DNA from: Acetobacteraceae bacterium
GTDB taxonomy: Bacteria; Pseudomonadota; Alphaproteobacteria; Acetobacterales; Acetobacteraceae
Reading direction: 5' to 3'
NCBI GenBank assembly: GCA_036265085.1
Contig: DATAPS010000412.1
Location: 1-43,871, forward strand
Length of the DNA: 43,871 bases
In this document: piece after piece, positions 27,186-37,697 of the stretch
How the letters are laid out: each line of letters opens with the position of its first letter
How positions within the stretch are numbered: position 1 is the stretch's first letter
Program-made: the position numbers and the translations under genes
The notes under the pieces: generated by a model
What the model saw: only the letters and a program-made list of their open reading frames with translations
Database searches by the model: none
Told to the model about the DNA's origin: nothing

Positions 27186-28006
27186 GCGGCGAGGTGGACT
27201 GGACACGGCTCACCGGACCGGAGATTCGCGCGCTCGCGGGACGCGGGAATGCACTTGCGGTCCTTCCGGTCGGCTCGCTCGAGCAGCATGGCCCGCATCT
27301 GCCGGTCATCACCGACACCCGGACGGCGTGGGAGATCTCGATCCGCGCCGCGCGGCTGGCCGTGGACACGCCGGTTCTGGTCCTGCCCGGCATGTGGACG
27401 GGGATGAGCGAACATCACCTTCCATTTGGCGGAACGATCAGCCTGAACTTCGCAGAGTTCCGGGGCGTGCTGTCGGGGGTCGCGCGAAGTCTTCGTGCGA
27501 TCGGGTTCGCGCGGCTGCTCATTGTCAACGGGCACGGCGGCAACATCGATCCGCTCGCGGTGGCCGTGCGAGAGATCGCAGTCGAGCAGGAGATGCCGGT
27601 CGTTGCGGTGACGCCCTGGTCGGTGGCGGCGAAGGAGGTCGCGGCGCTGATGGTTTCAGCCGATCATCCGCAGCATGCATGCGAGGCGGAGACGTCCGTG
27701 ATGCTGGCGATGGAGCCGGGGCTGGTACGGACCGAGCGGTTCGAGGAGGCGACGTGTCAAGCGCCGCCGGCGATCGACGGCCGGGCGGGCTACAGCCGGT
27801 TCTGGAGCTTCTCCGAGCGCGCGCCCGCGACCGGCGTCCGGGGCGACCCTCGCCCGGCGACCGCCGAGAAGGGCGAGCGCATGCTCGACGCCATGGCGGC
27901 GGCGCTCGCCGAGGCGTTCGCCGACAAGCAGCTTTGGCGGAAGCCGGACCCGGTCTGGACGCCGGGGCGCGGCCAGGGGAATACCGCTGGATCGGCGCAC
28001 GATTAG
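27182..28006 (+). CDS. Creatininase (creatinine amidohydrolase) family protein
   Basis: AVLPVGSLEQHGPHLPVITDT and LIVNGHGGN motifs. The ATG overlaps the ankyrin gene stop (ATGA). Confidence 0.85.
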   Translation: MSGEVDWTRLTGPEIRALAGRGNALAVLPVGSLEQHGPHLPVITDTRTAWEISIRAARLAVDTPVLVLPGMWTGMSEHHLPFGGTISLNFAEFRGVLSGVARSLRAIGFARLLIVNGHGGNIDPLAVAVREIAVEQEMPVVAVTPWSVAAKEVAALMVSADHPQHACEAETSVMLAMEPGLVRTERFEEATCQAPPAIDGRAGYSRFWSFSERAPATGVRGDPRPATAEKGERMLDAMAAALAEAFADKQLWRKPDPVWTPGRGQGNTAGSAHD

Positions 28007-28084
28007 GGCGCCGTCTGATCATCCAGGTTGCACGGCGATCGGCGGGTCAAGACCCATTGCGAACGGCCGCTGCCAACTCGTCGG

Positions 28085-28100
28085 GCGGGTCTCGACCCGC
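28085..28100. terminator. Short GC hairpin between convergent genes (weak terminator candidate)
   Basis: GCGGGT-CTCG-ACCCGC (6-bp stem, 4-nt loop) between the creatininase stop (28006) and the fsr stop (28114). There is no U-tract. Confidence 0.25.
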
Positions 28101-28113
28101 TCTGGGCGCGCTG

Positions 28114-29352
28114 TTACGTCGGCACCCGTTTCCGCGGGTCCGGCAGCAGCGCCGTGAGTAAGCCAATGGCCGGCAGGAACGCACAGACCTTGTAGACGAA
28201 GGTGATGCTCGTCTCGTCCGCGAGCCAGCCGAGCGCGGCCGCCCCGAGACCACCCAATCCGAATGCAAGCCCGAAGAACAGCCCGGACACCAGGCCGACG
28301 CGGCCAGGAACGATCTCCTGCGCGAACACGATAATCGCCGACGAGGCGGACGCCAGCACCAGCCCGATAATCACCGTCAGCACGCCGGTCCAGAACAGGT
28401 TCGCGTACGGCAGCATGAGCGTGAACGGCAAGACGCCGAGGATCGATGCCCAGATCACGTACTTCCGTCCGATCCGGTCGCCGATCGGACCGCCGATCAG
28501 CACGCCCGCCGCGAACGCGCCGAGGAACAGGAACAGGTGCAGCTGCGCGTCCTGAACGGACAGGTGGAATTTGTTGATGAGGTAGAACGTGTAGAACGTG
28601 TTCAGGCTGGAGACGTAGAAGAACTTCGAGAACAGCAGGGAAATCAGGATCGCGATCGTGAACGTGATCTGCCTCGGCGTGTAGCGGGCCCGGTTCTCCG
28701 CGGCACTCCGAAATCGCTTCGCGCTGCCGAGATGCGCGCGTCGGTACCACGTGCCGACGCCCGAGAGCACCGCCATGGCCACCAGCGCCGCGACGGAGAA
28801 CCAGGCGATGCTGCCCTGGCCGTGCGGCACGACGATATACACCGCGAGCAGCGGCCCGAGCGCCGAACCCGCATTGCCGCCCACCTGGAAGATCGACTGC
28901 GCCAGCCCGTGCTGCCCGCCGGACGCTGCGCGGGCCACCCGCGCCGATTCCGGGTGGAACACCGAGGACCCGCAGCCAACGAGGGCCGCAGCGCCGAGCA
29001 GCAGCGGATAGCTACTGGCGCTCGCGAGCATCAGTAGGCCGACCAGCGTCAACCCCATGCCCACCGGCAGCGAGAACGGCATGGGCCGCTTGTCCGTCAC
29101 CAGCCCGACGACGGGTTGCAGCAGAGACGCCGTGATGTTGAAGGCCAGCGTGATGAAGCCGATCTGCACGTAGTTCAGCGCGTAGCTCGTCTTCAGGATC
29201 GGATAGATCGCAGGCAGCAACGACTGCATCATGTCGTTGAGCATGTGCGAGAAGCTGATCGCCAGGAGCACCGCGATCACGGTGCCTTCGGCAGACGGCG
29301 TCGTGGCCGCAGGTGTAACCCGGACGGCGGTGTTCTGCGTGGACGAGCTCAT
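28114..29352 (-). CDS. fsr: MFS transporter, Fsr (fosmidomycin-resistance) family
   Basis: Near-colinear resemblance to E. coli Fsr as I remember it: ISFSHMLNDMMQSLLPAIYPIL, LLQPVVGLVTDKRPMP, GSSVFHPESARVARAASGG.HGLAQSIFQVGGN, GRKYVIWASILGV.PFTL.LPYA. The ATG overlaps the upstream stop (ATGA). Confidence 0.85.
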   Translation of the reverse strand: MSSSTQNTAVRVTPAATTPSAEGTVIAVLLAISFSHMLNDMMQSLLPAIYPILKTSYALNYVQIGFITLAFNITASLLQPVVGLVTDKRPMPFSLPVGMGLTLVGLLMLASASSYPLLLGAAALVGCGSSVFHPESARVARAASGGQHGLAQSIFQVGGNAGSALGPLLAVYIVVPHGQGSIAWFSVAALVAMAVLSGVGTWYRRAHLGSAKRFRSAAENRARYTPRQITFTIAILISLLFSKFFYVSSLNTFYTFYLINKFHLSVQDAQLHLFLFLGAFAAGVLIGGPIGDRIGRKYVIWASILGVLPFTLMLPYANLFWTGVLTVIIGLVLASASSAIIVFAQEIVPGRVGLVSGLFFGLAFGLGGLGAAALGWLADETSITFVYKVCAFLPAIGLLTALLPDPRKRVPT

Positions 29353-30872
29353 TGGATCCTTCGGACGGGCAGCGACCAGGCGAGCAACGCGCCGCCCGCG
29401 CTGAAGATGGCGATGGTGAAGAACGCCGCACGGAATGCGTCGGCGATTTCGGCGCGGATGGCCGGCAGCCGTTCCGGCGCGATGCCGGCCAGCGCCGCCG
29501 GCCCCCGCTCGACGAGCTGTCCGAACAGATGCGCGGTTCCGGCGTCGGTCGCGAACAACGTGCCGAACAGCACTGCGCCCACGAGCGCCGTGCCGACCGC
29601 CGCACCGATCGAGCGCGAAAACTGCACAGAGGCGGCGCCCGCCCCGAGCTGCTTCGGCCCCGCGAGAGACTGCACCGTCGTCTGCACCACGGTCATGGCG
29701 GTGCCGGAGGTCAACGAGATCAGGCAGAACAGGAACGGCAGTTGGAGCAAGCTCAGGCGGGGTGCGAGCAGGGCAAGGCTGGCGATGAAGAGGGTCGAGA
29801 AAGGCAGGGTGATGGAGGGCACGATCGCGGTCCGCCCGGTCCGCGCGATGGTCCGGCCGGTGAACAGCGCGCCGAGTGCGATGAACGCCGTGAACGGCAG
29901 CAGCAGGAGGCCGGTCCGGCTCGGATCGGTGCCACGGACGACCTGAAGGTAGATCGGGATGAATGTCACGAACGAGACGATGGTTGCGCCGTTGCAGGCC
30001 GCCATGGCGTCGCTGCGCCAGATCGCGGACTGGCGCAGCAGGCCGATGGGCAGTAGCGGCAGGCTCGCGCGCTTCTCCTGCCGGATCAGCAGCACCATCG
30101 CGCCGACGGCGATGGCGAACAGCACGACGGCGAGGGGCATCGTCGCCAGGTCGAAGCGCTGCGCCTGCTCGAGCGCCAGCAGCAGCGGAGCGATGAAGCA
30201 GGCGAACAGGCCGAGGCCGATATAATCGAATGTGAACCGTCCGCCCGACTGCGTCGGCTTGGGCAGGCGGGTTGCCATTGCGATCGCGGCGAGGCCGAGC
30301 GGCACGTTGATCAGGAACACGCTCTGCCAGCCGAAATGCTGGGTCAGCCACCCACCCGCCACGGGTCCGAAGGTCGAGGAGCAGACGAACACGGAGGCGA
30401 GATAGCCCTGGTAGCGGCCGCGTTCCCGCGGCGGCACGATCTGCCCGACCAGCGCCTGCGACAGCGTCATCAGCCCGCCACCGCCCAGACCCTGGAGGAC
30501 GCGGGCCGCCGTCAGTGCAAGCACGCTGGGTGCGATCGCGCAGAACACGGACGCGATCACGAAAACACTGAGCGCCGTGACCATTAGGCGCCGCCGTCCC
30601 AGCACGTCGCCAAGGCGGCCATAGACCGGCGCGGCGATCGTGGTTGCGACGAGATAGGACACCACGACCCAGGAGACCCGCTCGACATCGCCGAGTTGGC
30701 CCGCGATGGCGGGGAGGGCGGTCGAGACGATGGTCTGGTCGATCGCCGCCAGGAACATCGGCAGCATGATCGACGGGAAGACAGCGAAGAAGAGGTTGCG
30801 GGTGTTCGGAACCGGAGCGGAAGCAGCTTGCGCGGTCGCGACGTCGCTTGCGGGCAGGCTGCTGGAGGGCAT
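29349..30872 (-). CDS. MFS transporter, DHA2 (EmrB/QacA-like, 14-TM) family
   Basis: MLPMFLAAIDQTIVSTALPAIAGQLG and VYGRLGDVLGRRRLM motifs. Length and hydrophobicity are consistent with 14 TM segments. Confidence 0.85.
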   Translation of the reverse strand: MPSSSLPASDVATAQAASAPVPNTRNLFFAVFPSIMLPMFLAAIDQTIVSTALPAIAGQLGDVERVSWVVVSYLVATTIAAPVYGRLGDVLGRRRLMVTALSVFVIASVFCAIAPSVLALTAARVLQGLGGGGLMTLSQALVGQIVPPRERGRYQGYLASVFVCSSTFGPVAGGWLTQHFGWQSVFLINVPLGLAAIAMATRLPKPTQSGGRFTFDYIGLGLFACFIAPLLLALEQAQRFDLATMPLAVVLFAIAVGAMVLLIRQEKRASLPLLPIGLLRQSAIWRSDAMAACNGATIVSFVTFIPIYLQVVRGTDPSRTGLLLLPFTAFIALGALFTGRTIARTGRTAIVPSITLPFSTLFIASLALLAPRLSLLQLPFLFCLISLTSGTAMTVVQTTVQSLAGPKQLGAGAASVQFSRSIGAAVGTALVGAVLFGTLFATDAGTAHLFGQLVERGPAALAGIAPERLPAIRAEIADAFRAAFFTIAIFSAGGALLAWSLPVRRIQ

Positions 30873-31074
30873 TTGCGGGCGGATTCCGGAGGATGGAGGG
30901 ACCAGCGGCTAATGTCTTACCCGGTGCCCCCTGGGGAAGCCCCGAAAACGACAACGCAGATGCCAGTCTGTTCAGCGGTCCGGTCGGCGGCGTGATGCGT
31001 CGGTCTGGATCCCGATCGTCGCCCTGCATTCGTGGCGGCGATGGGCTCGTTGTCTGATCTTCCGCGAACCGGGC

Positions 31075-32178
31075 CTATGGCACCGTCACCGCCGGCGCGC
31101 CGAACGTCGCGATGCGGGGCTCGACACCGAGTCCCGGCCGTCGCGGCGCGCGCATGACGCCCTCGCATCGCTGCGGCGCGTGCTCGGCAATGCTGCGCGA
31201 TCCGTAGCTGTTGAAGTCAGTCGCCGCGAAGCAGAACTCGGTGGGGGTCGATTGCGCGAGATGCGCGATCGCGGCCGTCGCGATATCGCCGCCCCAGGTG
31301 TCCTCGATGATCATCGGAATGCCCGCATCGACGCAGATGTCGCGCATCAGCCGCGCCCGTGTCAGGCCGCCGACTTTCGAGATCTTCAGGTTCACGATGT
31401 CCATCGCGTCCTCCGCGATGCTGCGCATGAGGATTTCCGGGTCGGTAATGGCCTCGTCGAGCACGAACGGATGGTTTGTCCGGCGGCGGATGGAGAGGCA
31501 TTCCCGCCACGTCGGGCAGGGCTGCTCGATATAGACGTCGATGCCCGCGACCGCCGCGACCACGCGCGCCGCCTCGTGCATGGTCCATCCCGTGTTGGCA
31601 TCGGCGACCAGGATATCGTCCGGCGCGAGCGCCGCACGGCAGGCGCGGATGCGGGCCACGTCCTCGTTCGCATCGCCGCCGACCTTGAGCTGGAACCGCC
31701 GGTAGCCTTCGCCCCGAAAACGGGCGACGCCGGAGGCCATGGCGTCCGGGGTGTCCTGCGAGATTGCGCGATAGAGCCGGATCTCCGGCTGTGCGATCCC
31801 GCCGAGCAGCTTCACCGCCGGCAGCCCCGCGACCTTGCCGAGGATGTCCCAGCACGCGATGTCGAGCGGCGCCTTGACGGAGGGGTGCCCGCGCAGGGCC
31901 GCGTCCATTGCCCGGTTGATCGCGGTGAGGTCCGTCGGGTCCAGGCCGATCAGCTTCGGCCCGACCTCCGCGATCCCCGCTCGCACGCCGCGCGGATAGG
32001 ACGGCAGGTAGGCGGAGCCGAGCGGCGTTGACTCGGCGTATCCGGTGACGCCCGCATCGGTGGCGATTGCCACCACGGTGGCGTCGAACACCTCGACGAA
32101 GTTGCCGTTCGACCAGGCGTAGCGGCCGTCCTTCAGCGGCAGGTCGACCTGCCACGCCGTGATCGAGGTGATCTTCAC
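31075..32178 (-). CDS. Enolase-superfamily enzyme (mandelate racemase / muconate lactonizing enzyme family)
   Basis: N-terminal capping domain ([14 protein letters not shown]) and barrel with FQLKVGG, ADANTGW, IEQP and LDE metal-ligand contexts. GTG start. Substrate unknown. Confidence 0.85.
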   Translation of the reverse strand: MKITSITAWQVDLPLKDGRYAWSNGNFVEVFDATVVAIATDAGVTGYAESTPLGSAYLPSYPRGVRAGIAEVGPKLIGLDPTDLTAINRAMDAALRGHPSVKAPLDIACWDILGKVAGLPAVKLLGGIAQPEIRLYRAISQDTPDAMASGVARFRGEGYRRFQLKVGGDANEDVARIRACRAALAPDDILVADANTGWTMHEAARVVAAVAGIDVYIEQPCPTWRECLSIRRRTNHPFVLDEAITDPEILMRSIAEDAMDIVNLKISKVGGLTRARLMRDICVDAGIPMIIEDTWGGDIATAAIAHLAQSTPTEFCFAATDFNSYGSRSIAEHAPQRCEGVMRAPRRPGLGVEPRIATFGAPAVTVP

Positions 32179-32258
32179 GGCGTTACCGCATCGCCGCGCA
32201 GGGAAGCCCTGTCAACCGCATCCGTTGCATGGCGTCGCGGCGTGTCGGAGAACAAGCC

Positions 32259-33605
32259 ATGCCGCGCCTGCGTCTACACAACACGCTCACCCGCGCGAAA
32301 CAGGATTTCGCGCCGATCGATCCGTCGCACGTGCGGATGTATGTCTGCGGGCCGACCGTGTACGACCGCGCCCATGTCGGCAACGCGCGGCCGGCCGTCG
32401 TCTACGATGTGCTCGCGCGGCTGCTCCGCGCGCTGTATCCGCGCGTCACCTACGTCCGCAACATCACGGACGTGGAGGACAAGATCAACGCGCGCGCGGC
32501 CGAGACCGGCGAGACGATCGCCGAGATCACCGCGCGCACCGCGGCCTGGTATCACGAGGACATGGCGGCGCTCGGCGCGCTGCCGCCCGACGAGGAGCCG
32601 CGGGCGACCGACAACATCGTCCAGATGATCGAGATCATCGAGCGGCTGATCGCCTCCGGGCACGCCTATGCGGCGGACGGGCATGTGCTGTTCGCGGTCC
32701 CCAGCTTCCCCGAGTACGGGCGGCTCTCCGGCCGCTCGCGCGACGAGCTGATCGCCGGCGCCCGCGTCGAGGTGGCGCCGTACAAGCGCGACCCCGGCGA
32801 CTTCGTGCTCTGGAAGCCGTCGCCGCCCGAGCTGCCCGGCTGGGATAGTCCGTGGGGGCGCGGGCGGCCGGGCTGGCATATCGAGTGCTCCGCGATGTCC
32901 TGGCGCTACCTCGGCACCAGTTTCGACATCCATGGCGGCGGCACGGACCTGATCTTCCCGCACCATGAGAACGAGGTGGCGCAGAGCCTGTGCGCCTTCC
33001 CCGGCAGCGGCTTCGCGCGGTTCTGGCTGCACAACGGCATGCTGAACGTGAACGGCGAGAAGATGTCGAAGAGCCTCGGCAATTTCTTCACCGTACGCGA
33101 GCTGCTCGACAAATGGCCCGGCGAGGCGATCCGGATGCTGCTGTTGCGAGCGCATTACCGGGCGGTGCTGGATTTCTCCGAGGCCGTGTTGGTGGAGAGC
33201 AAGCGCGAGCTCGACCGGTTCTATCGTGCGCTCGAACGCCACCCCGGGCCGCCGGCGAGCGAAGTGCCCGCGCCGGTGATGGACGCACTCTGCGACGACC
33301 TCAACACGCCGATGGCCTTCGCCGCCATGCACGCCCTCGCCGATGCCGCGATGGCCGGAGACGCGGCCGCCGCCGCCGGGCTGCGGGCCTCGGGCGCGCT
33401 ACTCGGGCTGCTCGGGCAGTCGCCCGAGGCGTGGTTCCGCGGCGGCGCGGATGACGGCGCGGCGATCGAGGCGGCGATCGGGGAACGGCTGGCGGCCCGC
33501 AAGGCACGGGATTTCGCCCGTGCCGACGCGATCCGCGCGGAGCTGGCCGATCGAGGCGTGCTGCTGGAGGACGGACCCCGCGGGACGACGTGGCGGCGCG
33601 CGTAG
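32259..33605 (+). CDS. cysS: Cysteine--tRNA ligase
   Basis: [19 protein letters not shown] (HIGH-type), [15 protein letters not shown] (KMSKS). The ATG at 32259 gives the canonical [13 protein letters not shown]-terminus. Confidence 0.95.
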   Translation: MPRLRLHNTLTRAKQDFAPIDPSHVRMYVCGPTVYDRAHVGNARPAVVYDVLARLLRALYPRVTYVRNITDVEDKINARAAETGETIAEITARTAAWYHEDMAALGALPPDEEPRATDNIVQMIEIIERLIASGHAYAADGHVLFAVPSFPEYGRLSGRSRDELIAGARVEVAPYKRDPGDFVLWKPSPPELPGWDSPWGRGRPGWHIECSAMSWRYLGTSFDIHGGGTDLIFPHHENEVAQSLCAFPGSGFARFWLHNGMLNVNGEKMSKSLGNFFTVRELLDKWPGEAIRMLLLRAHYRAVLDFSEAVLVESKRELDRFYRALERHPGPPASEVPAPVMDALCDDLNTPMAFAAMHALADAAMAGDAAAAAGLRASGALLGLLGQSPEAWFRGGADDGAAIEAAIGERLAARKARDFARADAIRAELADRGVLLEDGPRGTTWRRA

Positions 33606-34771
33606 AGGGCAGCGCCGGCGAGGTCTTTCTGGCCTTCCTCCGCCTCGGCCTGACCTCGTTCGGCGGGCCGATTGCGCATCTCGGCTATTTTCGCGCCGAG
33701 TTCGTCGAGCGCCGCCGTTGGCTCGGCGAGCGCACCTATGCCGACCTGGTCGCGCTGTCGCAGTTCCTGCCCGGTCCCGCGTCCAGCCAGACCGGATTCG
33801 CGATCGGCCTGCTGCGCGGCGGTCCACTTGGAGGGTTGGCGGCGTGGACCGGCTTCACGGTGCCCTCGGCGATCCTGCTCGTGCTGTTTGCCTACGGCGC
33901 CACCGGCATCGCCGGGTCGGCGCTCGGCGCCGGGGTGCTGCACGGGCTGAAGCTGGTGGCCGTGGCGATCGTGGCGCAGGCGGTGCTCGGCATGGCGCGC
34001 AGCCTCTGCCCGGACCGTGCACGGGCATCGATCGCTGTCGCGGCGCTTGCGCTGGCGGTCGCGGCGCCCGGATCGCTCGCGCAGGTCGGCGCGATCCTGC
34101 TCGGCGGGCTGGCCGGGCTGTGGTTCTGCCGCGACGCCGGGGCGGGGTTGCCCGAGTCCATCCACCTCCCTGTTTCGCGGCGTGCGGGCGTCGTCTGCCT
34201 CGTCCTGTTCTTCCTGCTCCTGGCGCTGTCTTTTGTCCCCGTGCCGAGCGCGGCCGTCGCGCTGTTCGATGCCTTCTATCGCTCCGGCGCGCTTGTGTTC
34301 GGCGGCGGCCACGTGGTTCTGCCGCTGCTGCGCGACGCGGTGGTGACGCCGCGATGGGTGCCCGACGGCGCGTTCCTCGCGGGCTATGGCGCGGCGCAGG
34401 CGGTGCCAGGGCCGCTGTTCACCTTCGCGGCCTATCTCGGCGCGGTGATCGGCGGCGTGCCGGGTGCGGTGGTGGCGCTGCTAGCGATCTTCCTGCCGGG
34501 AATTCTGGTGCTGGTCGGCACGCTGCCGTTCTGGACCGCGCTGCGGTCGTATGGCGGTGCACAGGCGGCTATGCGAGGGATCAACGCAGCCGTGGTGGGG
34601 CTGCTGGGTGCGGCGCTGTACGATCCGGTCTGGACGAGTGCGGTGCAGGGCCGGGCGGATTTCGCCATCGCGGCGGCGGGGTTCGTGTTGCTGGTGGCTT
34701 GGCGAACGCCGCCACTGGTCGTAGTGGTGCTATCGGCGGCCGCAGGCCTGTTGGGCGCCGCCTTCGGGTGA
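33590..34771 (+). CDS. chrA: Chromate transporter (CHR family, two-domain)
   Basis: [19 protein letters not shown]...[12 protein letters not shown], with a second repeat [11 protein letters not shown]...[16 protein letters not shown]. The GTG start overlaps the cysS end by 16 nt. Confidence 0.85.
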   Translation: MAARVEGSAGEVFLAFLRLGLTSFGGPIAHLGYFRAEFVERRRWLGERTYADLVALSQFLPGPASSQTGFAIGLLRGGPLGGLAAWTGFTVPSAILLVLFAYGATGIAGSALGAGVLHGLKLVAVAIVAQAVLGMARSLCPDRARASIAVAALALAVAAPGSLAQVGAILLGGLAGLWFCRDAGAGLPESIHLPVSRRAGVVCLVLFFLLLALSFVPVPSAAVALFDAFYRSGALVFGGGHVVLPLLRDAVVTPRWVPDGAFLAGYGAAQAVPGPLFTFAAYLGAVIGGVPGAVVALLAIFLPGILVLVGTLPFWTALRSYGGAQAAMRGINAAVVGLLGAALYDPVWTSAVQGRADFAIAAAGFVLLVAWRTPPLVVVVLSAAAGLLGAAFG

Positions 34772-34916
34772 GCCTCGTTTCCATCGAGTCGATGGCCCCC
34801 GCCGTCGGCGCGCACAACCGCGTTCGTGAGCCGCAAACCCGCATTACGCAACGAGGAGTTGCGGTCGACCGCTTGGCCGTGGCCTTCTCCGCGCCCTTTC
34901 TCCGCCGAGATCTTCC

Positions 34917-36278
34917 ATGTCGAGCCGTCCCGAACGCCGCAGCGAACTGGCCGCGACCTTGCGGCTCGCCTGGCCGCTGGTCATCTCCCAGATCGCGGCG
35001 GTCGGGCAGCACGTGATCGAGATCGTGCTCGCCGGGCATCTCGACGCGCATGTGCTGGCCGCCGTCGCGATCGGCACGAACGTCGTCATGATCCCGCTGA
35101 TGGCCATGATCGGCACGATGTACGCGACACCCGCGTCCGTGGCCCAGCTCGACGGCGCGGGTCAGCGGCGGCGTGTCGCCGCGCTCGGCGTACAGGCGGC
35201 GTGGCTCGGTCTGCTGATCGGGCTGCTGATGCTCGCGATCGTCCGCTGGGGTGGGCCGTTCCTCGTGGATCTCGCCGGCATCCCGCCGTCGCTTGCGGCC
35301 GACGTGACCCGGTTTCTACATGCGGTTTGCTTCGCCATGCCCGCGATCGGGCTGTTCGTCGCCTGCCGGGGCGTCTCCGACGGTGTCTCGATGCCGGCGC
35401 CGAGCATGGTGCTGAGCCTCGCCGGCCTCGTGCTGCTCCTGCCGCTCGGCTACGTGCTGATGTACGGCGCGTTCGGATTGCCGCGCCTCGGTGCCGCGGG
35501 CACCGGCTATGCGGGTGCGATCGTGAACTGGATGCAGGCGCTGGTCTATTTCGCGTTCCTGCGCTTCGCCCCGCGCTACCGCGGCATCGGCTGGGCGGAG
35601 GCGCGCCGGCTGCGGCCCGATCCCGCGGTGATGATGGGCCTGTTGCGCGTCGGCGTCCCCATGGGGGTCGCGGCGCTGATGGAGGTCGGCATGTTCAGCC
35701 TCGCCGGCCTCGCGATCGGGCGGCTTGGAGAGATCGCGGCGGCCTCGCATCAGGTCGCGATGAGCGCAGCCTCGGTGACATTCATGGTGCCGCTCGGCCT
35801 CGCCAGCGCGATTACGGTGCGGGTGGGCAACGCCGCGGGCCGGCGCGATCCGGCCGGAATACGGCGGGCGGGGTTCACCGGCTTCGCGCTGGTCGCCTGT
35901 ACGCAAACGATCTCGGCAATCGTGATGCTCAGTGCGCCCGCTTGGATCGCCGAACTCTATACAGGCGACCCGCGGGTGGTTGCGGGGGTGACGCTACTCC
36001 TGCAGATCGCGGGCGTGTTCCAGCTCTCGGACGGCCTGCAGGTCGCATGCAACGGCGCGTTGCGCGGGTTGAAGGACACGCGCGTGCCGATGCTGCTCAC
36101 GGCGATCGCTTACTGGGGCGTCGGCGTGCCGCTCGGCCTACTTCTCGCGTTCGCGGCCGGATGGCGGACCCCGGGAATGTGGATTGGGCTGACGGTGGGA
36201 CTGACGACCGCGGCCGCGCTGCTGGGCGGCCGCTTCGTGCTCTCGACGCGGCGGCGGGCGGCGGTGGCTGTCGCATGA
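34917..36278 (+). CDS. MATE family efflux transporter
   Basis: 12-TM profile. N-terminus LRLAWPLVISQIAAVG and a second-half repeat LLRVGVPMGVAALMEVGMFS...GALRGLKDTRVPM. Confidence 0.9.
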   Translation: MSSRPERRSELAATLRLAWPLVISQIAAVGQHVIEIVLAGHLDAHVLAAVAIGTNVVMIPLMAMIGTMYATPASVAQLDGAGQRRRVAALGVQAAWLGLLIGLLMLAIVRWGGPFLVDLAGIPPSLAADVTRFLHAVCFAMPAIGLFVACRGVSDGVSMPAPSMVLSLAGLVLLLPLGYVLMYGAFGLPRLGAAGTGYAGAIVNWMQALVYFAFLRFAPRYRGIGWAEARRLRPDPAVMMGLLRVGVPMGVAALMEVGMFSLAGLAIGRLGEIAAASHQVAMSAASVTFMVPLGLASAITVRVGNAAGRRDPAGIRRAGFTGFALVACTQTISAIVMLSAPAWIAELYTGDPRVVAGVTLLLQIAGVFQLSDGLQVACNGALRGLKDTRVPMLLTAIAYWGVGVPLGLLLAFAAGWRTPGMWIGLTVGLTTAAALLGGRFVLSTRRRAAVAVA

Positions 36279-36306
36279 GGCGCCGAGGGCGTATGATCCG
36301 CGGACG

Positions 36307-36696
36307 ATGACGTCCCGCCTTCGGCAGGTCAGCGACGCCTTCCGCTCCGCGGCTGTCCTGGTCGCGCTCGTGAGCCAGCTTGCGCTGGGCGCGATGGTGC
36401 TGCCGGACATCGATGCCGCGACGGCATCCGATGCCGTTGCGATCTTCTGCACCGGCACGACCGCGCCTGATCCGGGCGCGCCATCGGGCCACGCGCACTG
36501 GCCCGCGCCGCCCGCCCTCTGCCCGCTCGGCATCGCGCTCGCCCTGCCGAGCATCGTCCCGACGCCGGCGGCGATCCTTCCCCTGCGGACGGCAGCGGTG
36601 CTGGTCGTTCGTCCGCAGGAGCGGCCGCCCGGCCGCGGACCTCCCGCGCCGACCGCCCGCGTCGGCATCCCGCGGGCTCCACCCCTGACGGCCTGA
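36307..36696 (+). CDS. Hypothetical small protein, DUF2946-like (Cys/His motifs; copper-associated context)
   Basis: N-terminal hydrophobic segment, then IFCTG....H.H.......LCPLG, reminiscent of DUF2946 proteins that precede copper/TonB loci. The C-terminus is Pro-rich and low complexity. Coding status is not certain in this GC-rich context. Confidence 0.4.
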   Translation: MTSRLRQVSDAFRSAAVLVALVSQLALGAMVLPDIDAATASDAVAIFCTGTTAPDPGAPSGHAHWPAPPALCPLGIALALPSIVPTPAAILPLRTAAVLVVRPQERPPGRGPPAPTARVGIPRAPPLTA

Positions 36697-36762
36697 GATC
36701 CTCGAGCCACGCCGCGCAACCAGCGCCGGCGTCCGACTTCTCATGCCGAAAGGATATTTCTC

Positions 36763-37680
36763 GTGCGAAACTTGTTCGCAGCCGCAGCGGCTGCCGCCGG
36801 CGCGGGCCTTGCCGCCCTGGGTGCAGTTCCGGCGCACGCTCACGTCGTCGTCGGCGAGCGCGTCTTCCCCGTCACGCTGACCTTCGACGATCCCGGTGTC
36901 GGCGACGAGGCGACGGTGCCGCAGGTCGTCTACCAGCCCGGCGCGAGCGGACAGAAACAGTACCAGGTGCAATGGGAATACGACAAGAGGATCACCCCGT
37001 ACACGGCGCTCATCTACAATCAGGGTTACGACGTTCTCACACAGCCGGGCATGAAGACGCGTACCGGCTTCGAGAATGCCGCGATCAGCGGCAAGTGGCA
37101 GTCGCTCACCATTCCTCAGAGCGAGACCGTCGTGTCGCTCGGCGTCATCCAGGAACTCGGCGGCGGCAGCGCGACGCAGAACACCGGCGGCGATGCGACC
37201 GGAACGACCGCGCCGACCATCTATGCCGGACAGGGATTGGGCGCGCTCCCGATCGGGCTGCTGCGGCCGCTCGCGATCACCGGGGAGCTCAACTACAACA
37301 TCCCCAATCACCGCCTGAACTCCGACGGAGACAACAAGGGCCAGCCGTTCTCCTGGACCGGCGGCGTCTCGCTCCAGTACAGCGTTCCGTATCTGCAAGC
37401 GAACGTGAAGCATTACGACATGCCGGCCTTCTTCGGCCGGATGATCCCGCTGGTGGAGCTGACCTGGTTCTCGCCGGCCGCCGGTCCCGCGCAGGGGCTG
37501 CCCGCGAATTTCACGATCGCGCCGGGCGTTATCTATTTCGGCGACACGTTCCAGGTCGGGCTGGAGGCGCTGATCCCCGGCAACAAGGCCGCCGGGCCAC
37601 ATCTCGGCGCCATCCTGCAGGTGCACTTTTTCTTCGACGACTTGTTCCCCAAGTCGCTCGGCCGACCGCTTTTCCAATGA
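36763..37680 (+). CDS. Secreted protein, probable outer-membrane beta-barrel (family not recognised)
   Basis: Signal peptide AAAGAGLAALGAVPAHA|H. Alternating hydrophobic/aromatic beta-strand pattern with Gly/Asn-rich turns. AAGGA lies upstream of the GTG at 36763. The C-terminus is ...GRPLFQ. Confidence 0.55.
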   Translation: MRNLFAAAAAAAGAGLAALGAVPAHAHVVVGERVFPVTLTFDDPGVGDEATVPQVVYQPGASGQKQYQVQWEYDKRITPYTALIYNQGYDVLTQPGMKTRTGFENAAISGKWQSLTIPQSETVVSLGVIQELGGGSATQNTGGDATGTTAPTIYAGQGLGALPIGLLRPLAITGELNYNIPNHRLNSDGDNKGQPFSWTGGVSLQYSVPYLQANVKHYDMPAFFGRMIPLVELTWFSPAAGPAQGLPANFTIAPGVIYFGDTFQVGLEALIPGNKAAGPHLGAILQVHFFFDDLFPKSLGRPLFQ

Positions 37681-37697
37681 GACAAGGATACTTTCGC

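Noticed and set aside
29353-31029. Upstream two-thirds of the 971-aa ORF 28114..31029
   Set aside because: Only the part from ATG 29352 downwards is Fsr-like. The upstream part is an out-of-frame read across the genuine DHA2 MFS gene (29349..30872).
33221-34312. 363-aa minus-strand ORF antisense to cysS/chrA
   Set aside because: Arg/Ala/Glu-rich with no motifs. The opposite strand carries the HIGH/KMSKS ligase and CHR transporter signatures.
34847-34863. Hairpin CGCAAC-GAGGA-GTTGCG downstream of chrA as a terminator
   Set aside because: The stem is short (6 bp) and no U-tract follows. It is indistinguishable from chance in GC-rich DNA.
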